DNA of 64,000 nt from Picochlorum sp. SENEW3 (lineage: Eukaryota). Shown here piece by piece: positions 13,124 through 24,622 of this stretch. The position numbers and the translations under genes were made by a program. The stretch's first letter is position 1; each line of letters starts with the position of its first letter. The notes under the pieces were generated by a model. The model was not told where the DNA came from, searched no databases, and worked only from the letters and a program-made list of their open reading frames with translations. The DNA is taken from contig CP120460.1 of NCBI GenBank assembly GCA_034226945.1, positions 310,001-374,000 of the forward strand, given 5' to 3'.

Positions 13124-13555
13124 GCTTACGAATCGGAATGAGTAAATTAAAAATACACGACATGAAATGCGAAAGGGATGCTAGATCTATGGAGAGGACG
13201 TGTCATAGACCATCTCGTCCTCGCCTCCCATCAAAACGGTGGCTGAATCGGACATCACAAACCTGTTGGCCAGTTTTGAATTTTCATTGTTGCTCAATCC
13301 GCCCGAGTTTTCACTTATAAAGTTTTCTATATACACTCGATGCACCAATCGAATAATTAAAAGCTAAAACACTGTGGCTTTTTCGCTAGAAACGCCGAAT
13401 CAATAAAGAACAAGGCATTTTGAACCGAACCGAATTCAAGGCTTGGTACTCTTGCAAGGTATGCGATAGGATGATGTGCTACTTATTGTCTTATTCGAAT
13501 CATAAGTACTCGTGTGGTGATTTCAGGGCTATTGTGACCCAAGTAGAAGCAGTAT

Positions 13556-16081
13556 ATGGGATACAGAGGACCACTTGCACTTGGTTCTAGGATTGTCAGG
13601 AGCAATTGTCACATTCTGATACGGCCGTTGCTTTGCCAAGCATCACGAGGGCTTTATTGCGAAACTACTACTCATTGGGCTGCTCGCAGTAGGACTGTAT
13701 CGTTGGCAACAAACCAGCGAATACTGAGGAGAGGTGCTGTTGTTGGACAACTCTTGTCTTCCGGCATGACGATGAGCAAGCAAAGAGATATATCCTCTTT
13801 TTTTGGAGCGAAAGCTTCGAAGAAATCGGATGAAGAGAACCAAGAAGAACAAAAGGGAGCTTTGGATGCTGTAGAGGACATTCTGGACCAGGATGATGGT
13901 GGTGTGGCAGAAACCATAACAAGCCCGAAAAAGGCAGCGGTTATAGAGTCATCGTCTGATGAGGAGGCCTCTCTTTCTTCCTCAATGTCCCTTAACGGTA
14001 GTGATGAGGATGAGGATGAGGAAGCAGATTGGAATGAAAATGATGATGATAATGAAAAGAAGAGGAGAGCCTCCGCATCATCCAGTCCAACGGCAAAGAA
14101 GGCCAAAAAGAACACAAATGGGATCAAAGTTCCTCTTTCCCCGAAAAGAAAGCAAGACAAGCAAGCGATTGAGGGTGTTGGAGCTTTAGGACTCAAGGCT
14201 GCCAAGGAGCATGAAAAGGTAGACATCGAGTCTCTCATATCATGGAAGGGTGGGGAGCCTGTTCCCTTTTCATTTTTGACCAACACCTTCGAAGCGATAG
14301 CGGAAGAAAGCAAACGCTTAGTGATTACAAGCCTTTTGACCAACGCGTTTAGGGCGATTATCGAGGCTACTCCAGATGACTTGCTATCTACAGTGTATCT
14401 CTGCACGAATCAGGTTTCCCCAGCTCATGTTGGGATTGAGCTCGGCATCGGGGACGCGACACTGGTAAAAGCAATTTCCATGGCGACTGGAAAGAAAGAA
14501 AGTGCCGTGAAAGTGCAGTATGACGAAACTGGTGACCTAGGCATTGTGGCAGCACAAGCACGTGGAAGACAAAAGACCATGTTCAAGCCAAAGCCCCTCA
14601 CAGTTCGTAAAGTCTTGTCCACATTCAGAGAGATAGCATCTGCAGAGGGATCCAAATCCCAAGATAGGAAGAAGAATTTGATAATCCAATTGCTCGCAGC
14701 AGCCTCAGAAAATGAAGCTGGATATCTGATGAGAGCACTGCAAGGAAAACTCCGCATAGGATTGGCAGAGCAGACAGTGCTTGTATCTCTGGCACATGCA
14801 ACCGTCTTACAGAGAGGAGGCATCTTAGATGGAAACATGAATGTAGCTGAGAAATTGGAGGAGGCTTCTCGAATCGTAAAAGGCGTGTACTCTGAATGTC
14901 CTTCCTATGATGACCTTGTCCCAGCCCTCTTATCTCTCAAGATTGAAGAGGTCCCATCCAAGGTCCACTTCAAACCGGGTGTCCCTATCAAACCTATGCT
15001 TGCAAAACCAACGAATGGAGTATCCGAGGTGCTGGATAAGTTTGCAGAGCAGCCCTTCACATGTGAATACAAGTATGATGGTGAGAGAGCACAAATCCAT
15101 GTGTTGGAGGATGGCTCTGTTAAAATCTACAGCAGAAATAGCGAAAATAATACGGGAAAGTACCCTGATATCATCGCCATGTTCCCTAAAGTCTTGAACG
15201 ATGGCGTCAAGAGTATTGTCTTGGATGCAGAAGCTGTTGCGTATGACCCAGAAGCAAAGAAGATTCTTCCTTTCCAGGTGTTGAGTACGCGAGCAAGAAA
15301 AGCAGTCACATTGGACTCTATCAAAGTTCAAGTGTGCGTCTTTGCATTCGACTGCTTGTATTTGAATGGCGAAGCTTTGTTGAAGAAGTCTTTGTCTGAA
15401 CGCCGAGAAGCCTTGCATACAGCCATCAAACCTACACCTGGCAAGATGGAACTTGCTACTGCCAAGACATCCCATGATGTGGAGGAACTGAGCAAATTCC
15501 TCGACGAATCTGTGGACATGGGCACAGAAGGTCTCATCGTTAAAACCCTGGATGACTCATACGAGCCATCGAAGAGGTCTTCCCACTGGCTTAAACTTAA
15601 AAAAGATTACCTGGATGGTGTTGGGGACACTTTTGATCTGGTCCCCATCGGTGCATGGTACGGCAAAGGAAAGCGCACAGGTGTATACGGGTCATATCTC
15701 TTGGCAATTTGGGACTCTGAGAATGAGGAATACCAAGTTATTACCAAGATTGGAACCGGATTCTCCGAAGAATTGCTCAAGGATCTCTCCCAAACAATGG
15801 GTAACCATGTCATCCCTTCTGCCAAGGGATACTTCAACTGCCCTGATTCCCTCACACCTGACGTATGGTTTGATCCAAAAGCTGTGTGGGAAGTCAAAGC
15901 TGCAGATTTATCCATATCCCCAGTCTACAGAGCAGGTATAGGCTTGGTCGACGAAGGAAAGGGCATTTCCATTCGCTTCCCCAGACTTGTCAGAGTCAGG
16001 GACGACAAGGGCCCAGAGGACTCTACATCTCCAGAGCAGGTGGCAGATATGTATAGATCCCAAGCCATTGTTGGAAAGTAA
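13556..16081 (+). CDS. LIG1: DNA ligase I
   Basis: EYKYDGERAQIH adenylation motif, EGLIVK, WLKLKKDY, SIRFPR; PIP box QRDISSFF. Confidence 0.97.
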   Translation: MGYRGPLALGSRIVRSNCHILIRPLLCQASRGLYCETTTHWAARSRTVSLATNQRILRRGAVVGQLLSSGMTMSKQRDISSFFGAKASKKSDEENQEEQKGALDAVEDILDQDDGGVAETITSPKKAAVIESSSDEEASLSSSMSLNGSDEDEDEEADWNENDDDNEKKRRASASSSPTAKKAKKNTNGIKVPLSPKRKQDKQAIEGVGALGLKAAKEHEKVDIESLISWKGGEPVPFSFLTNTFEAIAEESKRLVITSLLTNAFRAIIEATPDDLLSTVYLCTNQVSPAHVGIELGIGDATLVKAISMATGKKESAVKVQYDETGDLGIVAAQARGRQKTMFKPKPLTVRKVLSTFREIASAEGSKSQDRKKNLIIQLLAAASENEAGYLMRALQGKLRIGLAEQTVLVSLAHATVLQRGGILDGNMNVAEKLEEASRIVKGVYSECPSYDDLVPALLSLKIEEVPSKVHFKPGVPIKPMLAKPTNGVSEVLDKFAEQPFTCEYKYDGERAQIHVLEDGSVKIYSRNSENNTGKYPDIIAMFPKVLNDGVKSIVLDAEAVAYDPEAKKILPFQVLSTRARKAVTLDSIKVQVCVFAFDCLYLNGEALLKKSLSERREALHTAIKPTPGKMELATAKTSHDVEELSKFLDESVDMGTEGLIVKTLDDSYEPSKRSSHWLKLKKDYLDGVGDTFDLVPIGAWYGKGKRTGVYGSYLLAIWDSENEEYQVITKIGTGFSEELLKDLSQTMGNHVIPSAKGYFNCPDSLTPDVWFDPKAVWEVKAADLSISPVYRAGIGLVDEGKGISIRFPRLVRVRDDKGPEDSTSPEQVADMYRSQAIVGK

Positions 16082-16364
16082 CGACTCGTTTCATCACGTG
16101 TATGTATGTAACAAAAGGTATGGGTATTGGAATGTCACGTCATGCATGACGTCCCATATATATGGGACGTGTCATCCACACACAAGAAGCATCTCTTGTA
16201 TTTCATCGCAATGCCGAAATACAACAAGTGATACGTGATTGATTCCACAACCACATGGGCCATAACCAGAAATCGCGCTGCCTTAAGCACCATGAAGCAT
16301 TAAGTAAATTATTTTTTGATGATATAAGTACACCTGTTACCGAGGAAAGAAGAACAAAAGAAGC

Positions 16365-17445
16365 ATGGCCCATGTCGTCCTGGCAAGGCCTACAAAGGCC
16401 TGTGCATCCACCTCGGGAGGCACATTGCGATCTGTGAGGCATCAAAAATATTCATTTGATCCTCTGAATCTCAATACATGTCCTCGAATGGGCACTGCGA
16501 AGGCATCGCAAAAATCTCGAGGTACATGTGGGACATGCCGTGCGCAAAGCAGTCCGTACGTTCTTCTTTTTACAATCCCTTGCCCTGATTATGGTTGAAT
16601 AACCAAGAAAAATCTATATAGTCCTGCGCAATCGGCTAAGCAATGATGGAATCCATGTGATTTGTAGGCAAGTGGGACCACCAGAGGGAGATTCAGGGAA
16701 TGCTGCCCAGCAGGACGATTTTGTTGCTCTTCCAGACAATTTTTGCATTATAGAGTCACGCGAATCCGTAAAAAATTTCGCAAATATGCAGATGGAGGAA
16801 CTGGAAGAGAATATTCAGTCTCGCCGGAACAAAATATTCCTTCTCATGGAAGAAGTCCGTCGGTTGAGAGTGCAGCAAAGGATGAGAAGCGATCCCATTA
16901 ACGCCGTGGAAGATGAGTCCATCAACCAAGAATCGTATCCATCCTTCATTCCATTTTTCCCTCCAGTGAATGAAGAAACATTGAAATTGTATACCAACTT
17001 GTACGGACTGGCTGTGCTTGGTATCATATTGTTCGGGGCTTTGGTGGCACCCTCATTGGAAGTCAAGCTTGGCTTGGGTGGCAGATCGTATCGGGAGTTT
17101 ATCACTATGATGCACCTCCCTCAGCAACTAGCAGAAGTCGATCCGATTGTTGCATCATTCTGTGGAGGTGCTGTGGGTGTGTTGACGTCATTGTTAATCG
17201 TAGAGAAAAATAATAGCAAACTCCAAGCAAAGCAAAAGTGTATTTATTGCAAAGGAACTGGATATTTGCCCTGCGGAAATTGCTTGGGATCTGGTGTGTC
17301 GAGGGACGAAAAGCAGGGGACGAGCTCTACCTGTTCCTTCTGTTCAGGGTCTGGAAAAGTCATGTGCACAGCATGCCTCTGCACTGGGAAGCAGCTGGCC
17401 ACAGAACACGACCCACGAGTGGATCCATTCACTTTAAGCGATTAA
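16365..17445 (+). CDS. OR: ORANGE protein (DnaJ-like zinc finger, plastid); exons 16365-16555 and 16668-17445
   Basis: LPDNFCIIES, SRRNKIFLLMEEVRRLR, VDPIVASFCGGAVG, four CxxCxGxG repeats and ATEHDPRVDPF. Intron GTACGT..TGTAG splices in frame. Confidence 0.93.
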
Positions 17446-18533
17446 TCATCTTCTGTTGATATTTGCCGCATTCCCTTCCAAGATGCCTGCACGAATTTGT
17501 GAGGCCATATCTGCAACTGCACCAGGGTTGTTTGGCACAAACACCGTGGTTGATTTTCCTGTCGTTCCGATTTCTTTGATAGCATCAAAGTATTGCGTCA
17601 AAAGCATCAATGTGAGGACATCCTTGCTTCCAACTTCCGTCACATCAGTCTGGAAGGATTGCACTGATTCCTTCAGACCTGCCATGATTGCCTGCCGCTG
17701 TCTTGCAATACCCTGTCCAGCAAGATACTTGGCCTCAGCATCAGCTTCAGCCGCCTTCACAACCCGGATTTTCTCTCCTTCACTCTGCTCATACGCAGCA
17801 AGGCGCAATCTCTGGGCTGCATTGATCTCATTCATGGCAGTCTTGACCTTTGCTGCTGGCTCAATGTCTGTGATCAATGTCTGAATAATCTGGTATCCAA
17901 ACCCGGACATTGATTTCGTCAATTCGGCTTTAATCGCCAGTGCGATTTCCTCCTTTGCCAAGAAGACTTCATCGAGAGAGATCTTGGGCACCTGAGCCCT
18001 CACCTCGTCAAACACATAGGCCATGATTTGAGCCCTTGTATCAGTCAGTTTGTAGAACGCATCATACAAATTTTCCTTCTGAATTTGGTATTGGACAGAT
18101 ACATTCACTTCTACGAAAACATTATCTTTCGTTTTGGTCTCACAACGGCAGTCAATCTGCTGGATTCTGAGAGACATGCCTCCAGCAACAGCTTCACCAA
18201 TACAACAACAGACACAGTTGAATCCTGGCTGCGCCATACGGCGATATTTGCCAAACTGTTCAATGACTTGGATACTGCTCTGATCTGCAATAATGTGATA
18301 ATAACAGTGGTACTGAGTCTCGACATTATGAATGCGCTTGTCTGTGTACAGTCTTCAGAGCCACACAGAAGAAGAAGAGAAAAAAAAGACAAAGAGTCCG
18401 TGCTCAAATGCCTCCATGGGACCCAGATTCATTACATATGCATAAAACCCAGAAATAAAATGTCCGTGGATGGTATATCCACGAGAGAATTGATACATAA
18501 CCTACCAACGCAAGTACAAAACACGTTTCCCAT
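17446..18533 (-). CDS. Band 7/SPFH protein of the hypersensitive-induced-response (HIR) type; exons 18533-18506 and 18284-17446
   Basis: Spliced N-terminus MGNVFCTCVDQSSIQVIEQFGK carries myristoylation/palmitoylation-type residues; CETKTKDNVFV, MNEINAAQRLR and GQGIARQRQAI. Confidence 0.92.
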
Positions 18534-18973
18534 GTTTACTATTCTTATTCAAGCTATACAGTGGGGGGATGCAATCCGTCACGTCTCGACAACAAATGGA
18601 TAGTAGAGAGTATTATAAAATATGTACTAATTGGTCAAGTTTGTCGGTTGGTGACTATCTAACAGGTGTCCAATGGACGCTGGTGTCCATGGGAAATACA
18701 TGGACGATTGTGTACCTTCTAATCAAGTGTTTGATGGGACGGAATCAAAGGGCATCAGGTTTCCTCCTTGTGTAGCATGTCATGGACAGTCTGTACAAAG
18801 AATCCCATGAAAATGTGTTATTCTTACAGTATTTAAGCATCACGAAGCTATCAAGGGGACGTAGGTGGTACTGCTCTTGTTGAGGTCTGCATGGCATGCA
18901 CCTCAGCAGCACATGTCTAGTTCATTTCTGATTGCGACATTTTCCTCCTACGACTCTATACGGGATACAGAAA

Positions 18974-21352
18974 ATGAGTACTTCGGGTGATTTATTAATC
19001 CTTCAGGTGAGTTACAGATGGGCACAGTGGACAAGAAACGAACAAGCAAACAACTTGATGGACTAGTCATACTACACTATTACATGTGTGCCTGTGCAGC
19101 AACATATAAAAAAGGATCCGCAAGGATACAAGGATGAATTTCAGCTTCAATGGAGGCATTATGAAGCTACGAGGGGGTTGTTTTTGATGTCCCCAGGGCA
19201 GCCATCGTTGGAGTTTCAGTCTCTTGTCATGTTCATGGCTCATGTGTCTGAGCACTATCCTGATGTGACCCAGAATTCTTTCAAGCAAGGGATTATTGAA
19301 CTATTAGAAAAGCATGGCCCGTTGTTGGAGCATTCGACTCGGTTGACTCTGGTTAAAGCGCTCATATTGATGCGGAATAAGAATACTATGAAATCTGTGG
19401 AGCTGTTGCCAATTCTGTTCTCTCTCTTTCCTATTCATGACAAAAGCATGCGACAGCTCATGTCTCGCCATATTGCAGCTGATATAAAAGGATCGAATAA
19501 AAAAGGGAGGAATGAACAATTTAATAGGAAAATTCAGAATATTTTGTTGCCTATTATTGAGCAGGAGGATGAGGTTTGTGCCAAGAGAGCGTTGTCGCTG
19601 ATGACTGATATGTGGAGGCGTCAGATTTGGAGGGATGCAAAGACTGCGAATGGTATTGCATCAGCAGCGTTTCATCCTAGTCCAAGAGTTATGCTTGCCT
19701 CGTTAAAGTTTTTCCTGGGTCAGGATGCTGCTGCTGCTGGAGACGATGCTTCAAGTGATGATGAGGATGATGAGGATGATAGCAAGCCTGTATTGGCGCA
19801 GCCGACCAAGGAAGAAGTGTACAAAGCATTTCATAAAGGTACAGCTAGTAGTAAGAAGAAAAAACAGAAGAAATTAAAGCGGGCAATGCATTCTGTGAAG
19901 AAAGCATTGAGGCAGGAGGAAGGGCAGCAAAAGGAAACGTTTGCTGCAATCCAATTGTTGCATGATCCTCAAGGGTTTGCTGAAAAATTATTCTCTCTTT
20001 TGAGAAGTGGGAAGAGTGTTAAAGCTGAGACGCGGATGCTGATGATGTCGGTAGTTTCTAGGGTCATTGGAGTCCATCAGCTTGTCCTGATCAATTTTTA
20101 TCCTCTGATACAAAAGTACATTACGCCTTCTCGGCAGGACATAACATCTGTATTAGCGGCACTTGTACAAGCATGTCATAGTCAGGTACCTCCTGATGCT
20201 TTAGCGCCGGTATTACGACAACTGGTGGATCAATTTATACACGATCGGGCACGACCAGAAGTGATTACAGTTGGTATCAAGACAGTGAGGGAAATTTGTC
20301 TTCGCGCCCCATTAGTGATGACCCCAGAATTATTACAGGAGCTGGTAGAGTATAAGAAATATCGGGACAAGGAGGTTGCGACAGTGGCACGATCATTGTT
20401 AGGCCTCTTCCGTGAGCTCGCACCTGAAATGCTCAAGAAGAAGGATAGAGGGCGAGGGGATGGATCATCTACGATTCAACAGTATGGTGTCAGCTCGATT
20501 ATGGATCGCATAGAAGGTGTTGAACTTTTAGAAGAGGCTTTACAGAGTGGTCGCATTGAAGAAGGAGATGATGGGGCCTATCACCTTGTCAGCAGCAGCA
20601 GCAGCAGCAGCGATCAGAGTGATGGTGGAGACGAAGAGGAACTAGGGGAGGAAGTAGAAGAGGAAGCTGAGGAGGTACAAGAGGAAGATGAGGAAGAAGA
20701 TGATGATGACGACGACGACGACGACGAAGAAGAAGAAGAAGAAGAAGAAGAAGGAGAAGGGGAAGATGTAGCGACCAATGAGGAGCAACAAAATGGCAAA
20801 GGAGAGCCCCTGCTGAGCAACAATGCTGAAAGCCTCACAAGTCTGAGAAAGAAACTTGCCATGGCAAAGAAATCTTCTGAGATTCCATTAGAGCAGTCAC
20901 GTATTCTTACACAAGAAGACTTCCAGAATATCAAAGCTTTGAAGCATAAAAAGCTTGTCGAGCAGGCAATGAAGAAACATGGCCTCAAATCTGCAAGCAA
21001 ACGAGCTGCTGCGAGAGAAGTGGCAGAGCAAGAGGCAGAAGATCAACTCCTCCTTGAATCAAAGAGAAGCAAACTCCATGAACATGCCGTCAATCCAATG
21101 GATCTGCTTGGTAAGAAGAGAGGCAGAGCTGATAAGGAAGAGCGTCTGGCATCTGTTATGGAAGGCCGTGAGGGACGAGAATTCGGGGCCAAGTCTCGAA
21201 TCAAAAAGGCAAAGACAGGTGGTCTGAGCAATAGAGAGAAACAAAAGAGAAAGAATCTACCAATGGGTGCTGTTGGAGGACAGGTCAGAAAACGTCTCGA
21301 GAGAAACAAACTGAAAAGTGCCAAGAATTTCAAGGGACATGTTCGACATTGA
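18974..21352 (+). CDS. SDA1: SDA1 ribosome biogenesis protein; exons 18974-19006 and 19100-21352
   Basis: LLILQ|QHIKKDPQGYKDEF, AIQLLHDPQGFAEKL, LKKKDRGR, acidic tract, ILTQEDF, GLSNREKQKRKN. Confidence 0.93.
20581..20765 (+). repeat. Coding trinucleotide microsatellites (AGC, GAT/GAC, GAA) in the SDA1 acidic tract
   Basis: Runs of (agc)n, (gac)n and (gaa)n are visible. Confidence 0.85.
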
Positions 21353-21566
21353 GAGAATGGGGAATTGCACTGTTTGTTCAAAGTTTGTTATACTGATCTC
21401 GCCTGTAATGACACGATCTAGTCAAATTTGAACACTTTTAAGAACGTGTTCTTCTTCTTTGAATAAAAAGAAAGACTTCTCTGGAACCCTTCAGATGTCA
21501 TGTATGCTCTTCTATTTCATCAGTTCTCCGATAAATAAATTCTCAATAATCAAAAAAGACGTAAAC

Positions 21567-22298
21567 ATGAGCATACTCGTCTTGGGTGCAACAGGCAACG
21601 TGGGTTTGTTGGTTCTCGAAAAGCTCCTGTCCACGTGGACAGGAGACAAAGTTTACGCAATTGTTCGCTCTCGTGATCGATTGCGCCAGGAACTGCAGGA
21701 TAACCCTCGACTGAGCTGTATAGAGGAGCCTATTCTGGATATGGGTGACGAATCGTTGACTGAAATACTCCAACAGTGCTCTGCTTGCATCATATGTTTG
21801 GGGCATACACTGAGCATCAGAGGTGTATGGGGTCCACCGTACAGGCTTGTCAGGGATGCAGTCAAGAAGGTTCACAAATGCAATGCATCTATTGCAGACA
21901 CCACAAAAAGTCCATTGAAGATGGTTGTATTGAATACAGTAGGTGTCAGTAAACCTGATGGCTCAGAGCCACGAGGTTTCTTTGAGCAGGCATTCATTTG
22001 GACTCTTTCAGCCCTCGTTCCTCCGTATGCAGATAGTATCGCTTGTGTTGGGTATATGTTCAATACGATTGGAAAGGATGATAAGGGCACGGAATGGGTG
22101 ATCGTGAGACCAGATAGCTTTGTTGATGGTGATGAGTCGGCATACAAGTTGAGTCCACATCTTGAGACAAGTCTCTTTGCGCCTCAGAAGACGACAAAAA
22201 AGAATTTGGCCGATTTTATGGTTCGACTTGCAGTAGATGACGAGCTATGGGAGGAATGGAAACTTCAGATGCCTGTCATTACCAACTTGGATGGCTGA
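21567..22298 (+). CDS. Atypical SDR / NAD(P)-binding protein (flavin reductase/BVR-B-like)
   Basis: MSILVLGATGNVG Rossmann motif, AIVRS, EWVIVRPDSFVDG; intronless. Confidence 0.85.
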   Translation: MSILVLGATGNVGLLVLEKLLSTWTGDKVYAIVRSRDRLRQELQDNPRLSCIEEPILDMGDESLTEILQQCSACIICLGHTLSIRGVWGPPYRLVRDAVKKVHKCNASIADTTKSPLKMVVLNTVGVSKPDGSEPRGFFEQAFIWTLSALVPPYADSIACVGYMFNTIGKDDKGTEWVIVRPDSFVDGDESAYKLSPHLETSLFAPQKTTKKNLADFMVRLAVDDELWEEWKLQMPVITNLDG

Positions 22299-22665
22299 GA
22301 TGGTTGCGACGGCATTTGTTGTTTTTTTACTTCCTTCCTCTGCGTGTTCGTTGACGAACGAATGAAAGTCCTTTCGTAGACACAATTTACCGTACTCCTA
22401 CGAGTTGAAATATGAAATATATTAGCTAAGAGACAGATGATCCTAGTAGTTCTCAACCTTTCCTCAGATGGAAGCCAGATCTGAAAACACCACTTTTTGG
22501 TGTGTTTAGTGATCATACAGTATCCACAGGATGTTCTTCAGTTGAATATCAAATGTTTTGATTGTAGTATACTATTAGTATGATTGTTAAACAATCATAG
22601 AAGGATTCATCAGAGATGCTCAAAAGGGGATGTAAATGTTCAGTGATTTCCTTAATAAAAGTTCA

Positions 22666-22765
22666 AGCCATGTAGGAGATTCGAACTCCTGTTACGAGAT
22701 GTCCCACCGCTCACCGAGCGATACTTGTCAGAGTCTCGTGTGATAACCAACTACACTAACACGGC
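22666..22765 (-). tRNA. tRNA-Gln(CUG) with a 27-nt intron at 22701-22727
   Basis: Acceptor stem GCCGTGT/ACATGGC with T73; D arm GTGTAGTTGGTTATCAC; anticodon arm CGAGA-CT-CTG-A^A-TCTCG; T arm AGGAG-TTCGAAT-CTCCT. 73 nt after splicing at 37/38; TTTT downstream. Confidence 0.93.
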
Positions 22766-22808
22766 ACATGTCAGAGCGGAATTTTTCACCATATATATAA
22801 TTTCAAAT

Positions 22809-22816
22809 TTTCGCGC
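22809..22816 (+). promoter_or_regulatory. E2F-consensus site TTTCGCGC upstream of the 23075 gene
   Basis: Exact match to TTTSSCGC about 260 nt before the ATG; a single 8-mer can occur by chance. Confidence 0.3.
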
Positions 22817-23074
22817 CGGTCCCGAAAAAGTATAAATGTTTCGAACGATTGTCAATCGTTCGTGCTGCTTTAAGAAGATGCAAAGATTGATCCAAGATAA
22901 AAGCGGCTCAGGAATTGGCTGCCTGCCAGGGATACTTAAGACAGGGGCGATGATGCAACCACACAATCGCTATTGTGGCGCCCAGATTTTTTTTAGGGCA
23001 ATTGTTGGTCAACGACACACGGGTTCGCATCAGGTTCAAATTTTCAGTCGTATACTACTGTTACTGGTAAAACT

Positions 23075-24622
23075 ATGAACAAAAAAAGCTGTGAAACATC
23101 GGAAGGAGCGACATTGGAGGATGTTGCGCCAGTGCTGTTGCTCAACGATTGCTTCTCGCTGAGGCAAGGACAGGACGTGTATGCTCTTTTGTCCCTCGTT
23201 GATCTCGGATACCTCACAAAAAGTATAATTAGATCACATTACGAATCAAAGGAGGACGAGGGGGCTTGGAAATGGTTGGACCAGTCGATTGAACTATCAA
23301 AATTGACGGTCCCCACACTGCGAAGCTTTTCCATGGAATTGGATGGTCCTTGCTCTTCCAAAGACAGAAAGAGCTATCTGGTTTCGTATTTATCTACTTT
23401 TGAGGGAGCTCTGAGGTATCTCCCAGCCAAGGCGATTGGCAAGGCAAGGGCGTTTGCGGAATCAAAAAGGAGAGCAAAGCTTGAAGAGTTAGAAACACGG
23501 AAGAGAGCAAAGCTCGTAGAGTCTGTGGTTGGGGCCGAGGCCATGGATGGAGTGGTGGCAATGCTTTTGGATGAGAGACAAAAACCCAGGGCGAGAATCA
23601 AGTATGTTGATCAAGAGAATCTGCTGACTGCTCTGGTCGAGGACCCCAAGAGGAATTGTACCAAGAAGACCTGCAAGTCAGTTTTGCTCCTGACGGACGG
23701 GGATATTGCTGATATGTCTTGTACGGAAGCCCGCAATCCAATCTACTCAAGTCGTGCTCCTATGCGTTTGTACAATCTGATGAAGGCTCTGAGGGTGTCG
23801 ATCAAGAAGCACGGTGATTGGAGTGGTTTGCTAAAGGCAAGGGAAAGTGCAGAGAGGAAGAGTGCGGAGAGGAAGAGAAAGTGGCAGGAAACCCGCAATA
23901 CAACCTTGGAGTCGGAGCGTACATTTTTCGAAGATCACACAAGCTTTGATGAGTATTTCAAGGAGGAGGAGGACTGGATGGTGGAAGAAGCAAACTACAA
24001 GGGGAGGTACATTAATTACAGGGCCATCGAGAGGGATGCGTACGACGAAGCGCGATACAGAGCCCTCAAAGAATGGGTCGAGTGTCACTATGATACCTTG
24101 GACCATGAGATTCAGCAAGACTACTTCCCTCCTTCTCTGAGAGTGAAAGCCAAAGAGCTTTACAACATGACATCAAAGACCTCACGAGAGAGAACGGTTA
24201 TGAAGCGAGATAAGCGACAAGCTCGCCTTGCAGAGTTGCAAGAAGAGTTTGGGAAACGAAATCTTCCTGTTCGGGATGATAGCAGGCTGATCAAAGGATA
24301 CTTGGCACGAGAGACTCCCTGTCCAAATGAACTCAAGTTTGTTGCTGATACGATGGAGGAGATGCGATTTTACCACGAGCATACTACGTACCAGGAAATC
24401 TACTCAGATATATGGGATGAATTAGTGTATGGATCCAGGGATTTTGAAAGCCAATATGAACGCGAGTGGGTTGACAAGGATGAGGTGAGTGCAAGAGCCA
24501 AGAAGAGAGCTCTCAGGGAATGGGTGCTGAGTCATTCTGACACATTGGAGCAGGACATCCAGCACGACAATTTCCCACCATCATTACGAAAGAAAGCACA
24601 AGATATAAACAGATCTCTTTGA
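23075..24622 (+). CDS. Hypothetical protein with a SAP-like motif, an XPA C-terminal-like DNA-binding domain and a duplicated C-terminal motif
   Basis: CTKKTCKSVLLLTDGDI..RNPIYSSRAPMRLY..KKHG resembles XPA_C; LSKLTVPTLRSF..RKSYLVSYL resembles SAP; internal repeat RAL(K/R)EWV..H.DTL...IQ.D.FPPSLR.KA occurs twice. Confidence 0.7.
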   Translation: MNKKSCETSEGATLEDVAPVLLLNDCFSLRQGQDVYALLSLVDLGYLTKSIIRSHYESKEDEGAWKWLDQSIELSKLTVPTLRSFSMELDGPCSSKDRKSYLVSYLSTFEGALRYLPAKAIGKARAFAESKRRAKLEELETRKRAKLVESVVGAEAMDGVVAMLLDERQKPRARIKYVDQENLLTALVEDPKRNCTKKTCKSVLLLTDGDIADMSCTEARNPIYSSRAPMRLYNLMKALRVSIKKHGDWSGLLKARESAERKSAERKRKWQETRNTTLESERTFFEDHTSFDEYFKEEEDWMVEEANYKGRYINYRAIERDAYDEARYRALKEWVECHYDTLDHEIQQDYFPPSLRVKAKELYNMTSKTSRERTVMKRDKRQARLAELQEEFGKRNLPVRDDSRLIKGYLARETPCPNELKFVADTMEEMRFYHEHTTYQEIYSDIWDELVYGSRDFESQYEREWVDKDEVSARAKKRALREWVLSHSDTLEQDIQHDNFPPSLRKKAQDINRSL

